The notes under the pieces: model-generated
Database searches by the model: none
What the model was told of the DNA's origin: nothing
Seen by the model: only the letters and a program-made list of their open reading frames with translations
Shown here: positions 61,554 to 64,000 of the stretch, piece by piece
Numbering within the stretch: position 1 is the stretch's first letter
Layout of the letters: each line of letters opens with the position of its first letter
Position numbers and translations under genes: made by a program
Assembly (NCBI GenBank): GCA_965202665.1
Contig: OZ241841.1
Location: forward strand, 1,996,189 to 2,060,188
Source of the DNA: Candidatus Spongiisociaceae bacterium
Lineage (GTDB): Bacteria; Actinomycetota; Acidimicrobiia; Spongiisociales; Spongiisociaceae
Direction of reading: 5' to 3'
Length of the DNA: 64,000 nt

Positions 61554-62789
61554 TTGGACTTCCAATATTCATCCCGGGTGGAGCGGTTGCGGGAAGAGTT
61601 GCTGAATTTTATGGAGGAGCGGGTGTATCCCGCCGAGCCGGCGTACGAGGAACAGATGGCGGCGGCGGGGGACCCCGGTTTTCATCCTCCGATCATGGAG
61701 GATTTGAAAGCGGAGGCCCGGCGGCGGGGGTTGTGGAACCTGTTCCTTCCCGACCCGGAGCTGGGGGCCGGGTTGTCGGTGCTGGAATACGCCCCTTTGG
61801 CGGAGATCACCGGGCGCAGCATTGAAATCGCCCCGGAGTCGGTCAACTGCTCCGCTCCCGACACCGGCAATATGGAAATCCTGCACATGTTCGGAACCCC
61901 GGAACAGAAGCGCCGTTGGCTGCATCCGTTGCTGGACGGGGAGATTCGTTCCTGTTTTTCCATGACCGAACCGGATGTGGCCTCCTCGGACGCCATGAAC
62001 ATCCGCACCCGCGTGGAAAAAGAGGGGGACGAGTACGTGATCCGGGGGCGGAAATGGTTTTCCACCGGGGCCATCAGCCCCCGTTGCCGGGTGTCCATCG
62101 TCATGGGGGTTACCGATCCGCAAGCCGAACCGTACCGCCGGCAGAGCATGGCGCTGGTTCCGATGGATGCGCCGGGGGTGGAGGTGGAGGCCGATTCCAG
62201 CGTGTTCGGCTACCACGACCGGGGAGGGCACGGGACCATCCATTTCGACGGGGTGCGGGTTCCGGCCGGAAACCTGCTGGGGGAGGAGGGGGGCGGGTTC
62301 GCCATCGCCCAGGCCCGCTTGGGGCCGGGCCGGATTCATCATTGCATGCGGGCCATCGGGATGGCGGAGCGGGCCTTTGACATGATGTGTTCGCGGGCGC
62401 TGGCCCGGGAAACCTTCGGGTCGGCGGTGGCCGGGCACGGGGTGGTGCAGGAATGGATAGCCGACACCCGGCTGGCCATAGAACAGGCCCGCCTGTTGGT
62501 GCTGAAAACCGCCTGGTTGATCGACGTGGCCGGAACCCGTTCCGCCCGGGTGGAAATTTCGGCCATCAAAGTGGCGGTGCCCCGCATGGTCAAACTGGCG
62601 CTGGACCGGGCCATCCAAGTGTTCGGGGCGGCGGGGGTGACGGAAAACTTTCCGCTGGCCCGGATGTACGCCCATGCCCGCACCCTGCAGATAGTGGACG
62701 GCCCCGACGAGGTGCACCAAAGATCCCTGGCCCGCCGGGAACTGCGCCGTTACCAACCCGGCCACGTCCCCGACCCCTACCCCGCCTGA
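61554..62789 (+). CDS. acyl-CoA dehydrogenase family protein
   Basis: The TTG start follows AGGAGAAGG. ...CFSMTEPDVASSDA...RGRKWFSTGA...DGPDEVH... Confidence 0.85.
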   Translation: MDFQYSSRVERLREELLNFMEERVYPAEPAYEEQMAAAGDPGFHPPIMEDLKAEARRRGLWNLFLPDPELGAGLSVLEYAPLAEITGRSIEIAPESVNCSAPDTGNMEILHMFGTPEQKRRWLHPLLDGEIRSCFSMTEPDVASSDAMNIRTRVEKEGDEYVIRGRKWFSTGAISPRCRVSIVMGVTDPQAEPYRRQSMALVPMDAPGVEVEADSSVFGYHDRGGHGTIHFDGVRVPAGNLLGEEGGGFAIAQARLGPGRIHHCMRAIGMAERAFDMMCSRALARETFGSAVAGHGVVQEWIADTRLAIEQARLLVLKTAWLIDVAGTRSARVEISAIKVAVPRMVKLALDRAIQVFGAAGVTENFPLARMYAHARTLQIVDGPDEVHQRSLARRELRRYQPGHVPDPYPA

Positions 62790-62924
62790 CCGCCCGCCCC
62801 GGGTTCCGCAGGCAACAATAGGGCCCACTTGCGCTTGCGACGAGCCGGCACGCGGCAGCGAATTGCCAATCGGTAGGCCCTCTCGGCGGTGATAGGGCCG
62901 CCGGGAGGGTAGCGTCTTGTCATT

Positions 62925-63335
62925 TTACGATAAAAGTCGTTGGCAAAGAAAAATGACGCCCGCGGCGACTATGAAAAATGCGCCGGCAAGGGTGACCGCT
63001 ACCGCTACCGGCGGCGTCCCGTTGGCGATGAACCAACTGAGCCCCCCGAACATGACCCACGCCGACCCAAGGAGGGCGGTGTTCTTGGCCGATATTCTCC
63101 TCCTGGGCAACAGGCGGCCGGTTGGGGAAGAGCCGGGCTCGTTACGCGAGGAGCGTCCGCGAGGCGGGGCGTCGTCCTGCGAGGGGCGGGTTGCGTTTCG
63201 GTCAGCATCGGCTGTTTGCCGGACATGCGCGGAGAAAGCGGCCTGGGATTCGGTGCGGTCTTCAGGCTTGGAATGCGGCACGATAGAGAATGTAGCGTAT
63301 TTGAGGAAGTAGCGGTACCGCCGGGTATGCGCCAC
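62925..63335 (-). CDS. hypothetical membrane protein (two C-terminal TM helices)
   Basis: The minus frame has C/G-rich third positions and a C-terminus of LLGSAWVMFGGLSWFIANG..VAVAVTLAGAFFIVAAGVIFLC. The GTG start lacks a clear SD, so the start is uncertain. Confidence 0.35.
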   Translation of the reverse strand: MAHTRRYRYFLKYATFSIVPHSKPEDRTESQAAFSAHVRQTADADRNATRPSQDDAPPRGRSSRNEPGSSPTGRLLPRRRISAKNTALLGSAWVMFGGLSWFIANGTPPVAVAVTLAGAFFIVAAGVIFLCQRLLS

Positions 63336-63468
63336 GTAGCGGAAGCCGGCCGGGTTTTTGTCACACCCTCCTGTTTATCTTGCATGAGGCGGGCGGGCAC
63401 ATGGGACCGCCTCGGAAAATATCGGGAATGTTGGGAATAAAAATCGGACAAGGAGGGTTATACGGGTT

Positions 63469-63765
63469 ATGGATACGCGATTGACGCTCGTACCGGACGA
63501 CGCCCCCGCTTGGTCGGAGGACGACACTTGGCGGGACTTGGCGGCTTGCCTGGGGTTTGACAGCGATGTCTTCTTCCCCGACGACATGGACGCCGAGGCG
63601 GTGGCGCGCGCCAAGGAGGTGTGCGAATCCTGCCCGGTCGCCGGCAACTGTCTGGAATGGGCTTTGGAAACCAACCAGACGGAAGGAATTTGGGGCGGTT
63701 TTACCCGTTTCGAGCGGCGGGCCGTCAAGCGGCGCCGGCAACGGCGGATGCGGGAAGCCGGATAA
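63469..63765 (+). CDS. whiB: WhiB-family (Wbl) transcriptional regulator
   Basis: AAGGAGGG lies upstream. The translation has the four Cys (AAC...CESCPVAGNC) and the GIWGG turn, followed by a basic tail. Confidence 0.9.
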   Translation: MDTRLTLVPDDAPAWSEDDTWRDLAACLGFDSDVFFPDDMDAEAVARAKEVCESCPVAGNCLEWALETNQTEGIWGGFTRFERRAVKRRRQRRMREAG

Positions 63766-63861
63766 ACGGTCCGCGGTCCGGCCCCCGTCGGCCTTTTCCA
63801 CCGCAGGCCTTTGCGGCATTGACCGCGTAAAACCGCCGGCGGCGGGTAGCCTGCGACCCGG

Positions 63862-64000
63862 ATGCGCTCTTTCCTCGATTTCCTACTTGATCAGTTGGGC
63901 AATCTGGGGCTCAGCCTGCTCCTCTTGGTGGTGGTGTTGACGGCGCGGGCCCTGGTTCTGCGCGCCCTCATTCCCCGTCTGGACGGCTCCGAATCGGTGT
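63862..64000 (+). CDS. hypothetical membrane protein, 3' end cut by window edge
   Basis: ATG 63862 opens a frame reading MRSFLDFLLDQLGNLGLSLLLLVVVLTARALVLRAL... to the window end. This is TM-helix-like with GC-rich third positions. Confidence 0.3.
   Translation, partial: MRSFLDFLLDQLGNLGLSLLLLVVVLTARALVLRALIPRLDGSESV

Overview
This window is a high-GC actinobacterial chromosome segment, judged from a WhiB-family regulator, frequent GTG/TTG starts and the actinobacterial beta-prime insertion. 1-24.5 kb is a betaine and C1-metabolism neighbourhood. It holds a betaine-binding protein, ppc, a GcvT-family aminomethyltransferase, an MFS transporter, formate-THF ligase and an NAD-type formate dehydrogenase. 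The dehydrogenase is built from a NuoE/F fusion, a NuoG-like Fe-S subunit and a separate selenocysteine (UGA plus SECIS) molybdopterin subunit. One translationally coupled operon follows: ProV, a ProW fused to an extra ~8-TM domain, a BMP-type ABC ATPase with two permeases, and a ChbG/YdjC deacetylase. Three small islets that look lower in GC by eye interrupt this region. (i) An IS481 remnant sits between two copies of a module made of the 3' end of a NYN-RNase gene, a consensus promoter and a hairpin/terminator small RNA. (ii) A frameshifted AlbA_2/HATPase_c_4 regulator lies next to an AT-rich degenerate ~80-bp repeat region. (iii) An orphan AAA-ATPase/wHTH gene is preceded by an exact 77-bp x3 tandem repeat carrying palindromes and promoter-like boxes. 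26-57.8 kb holds the core expression machinery: rplJL, rpoBC, rpsL-rpsG-fusA-tuf, the S10/spc/alpha operons (infA absent) and truA. An acyl-CoA carboxylase pair, an acyl-CoA dehydrogenase and whiB follow. The most unusual signals are these. About 357 consecutive tuf codons end only in G or T, with TTG-only leucine, and the pattern has sharp boundaries. RpoC carries a ~290-aa coiled-coil C-terminal extension ending in a codon-atypical segment, followed by a small WXG-like ORF. The formate dehydrogenase alpha subunit is split and its halves are in permuted gene order. Several ribosomal proteins carry long acidic tails. The many long antisense ORFs in the track are GC-rich shadows.
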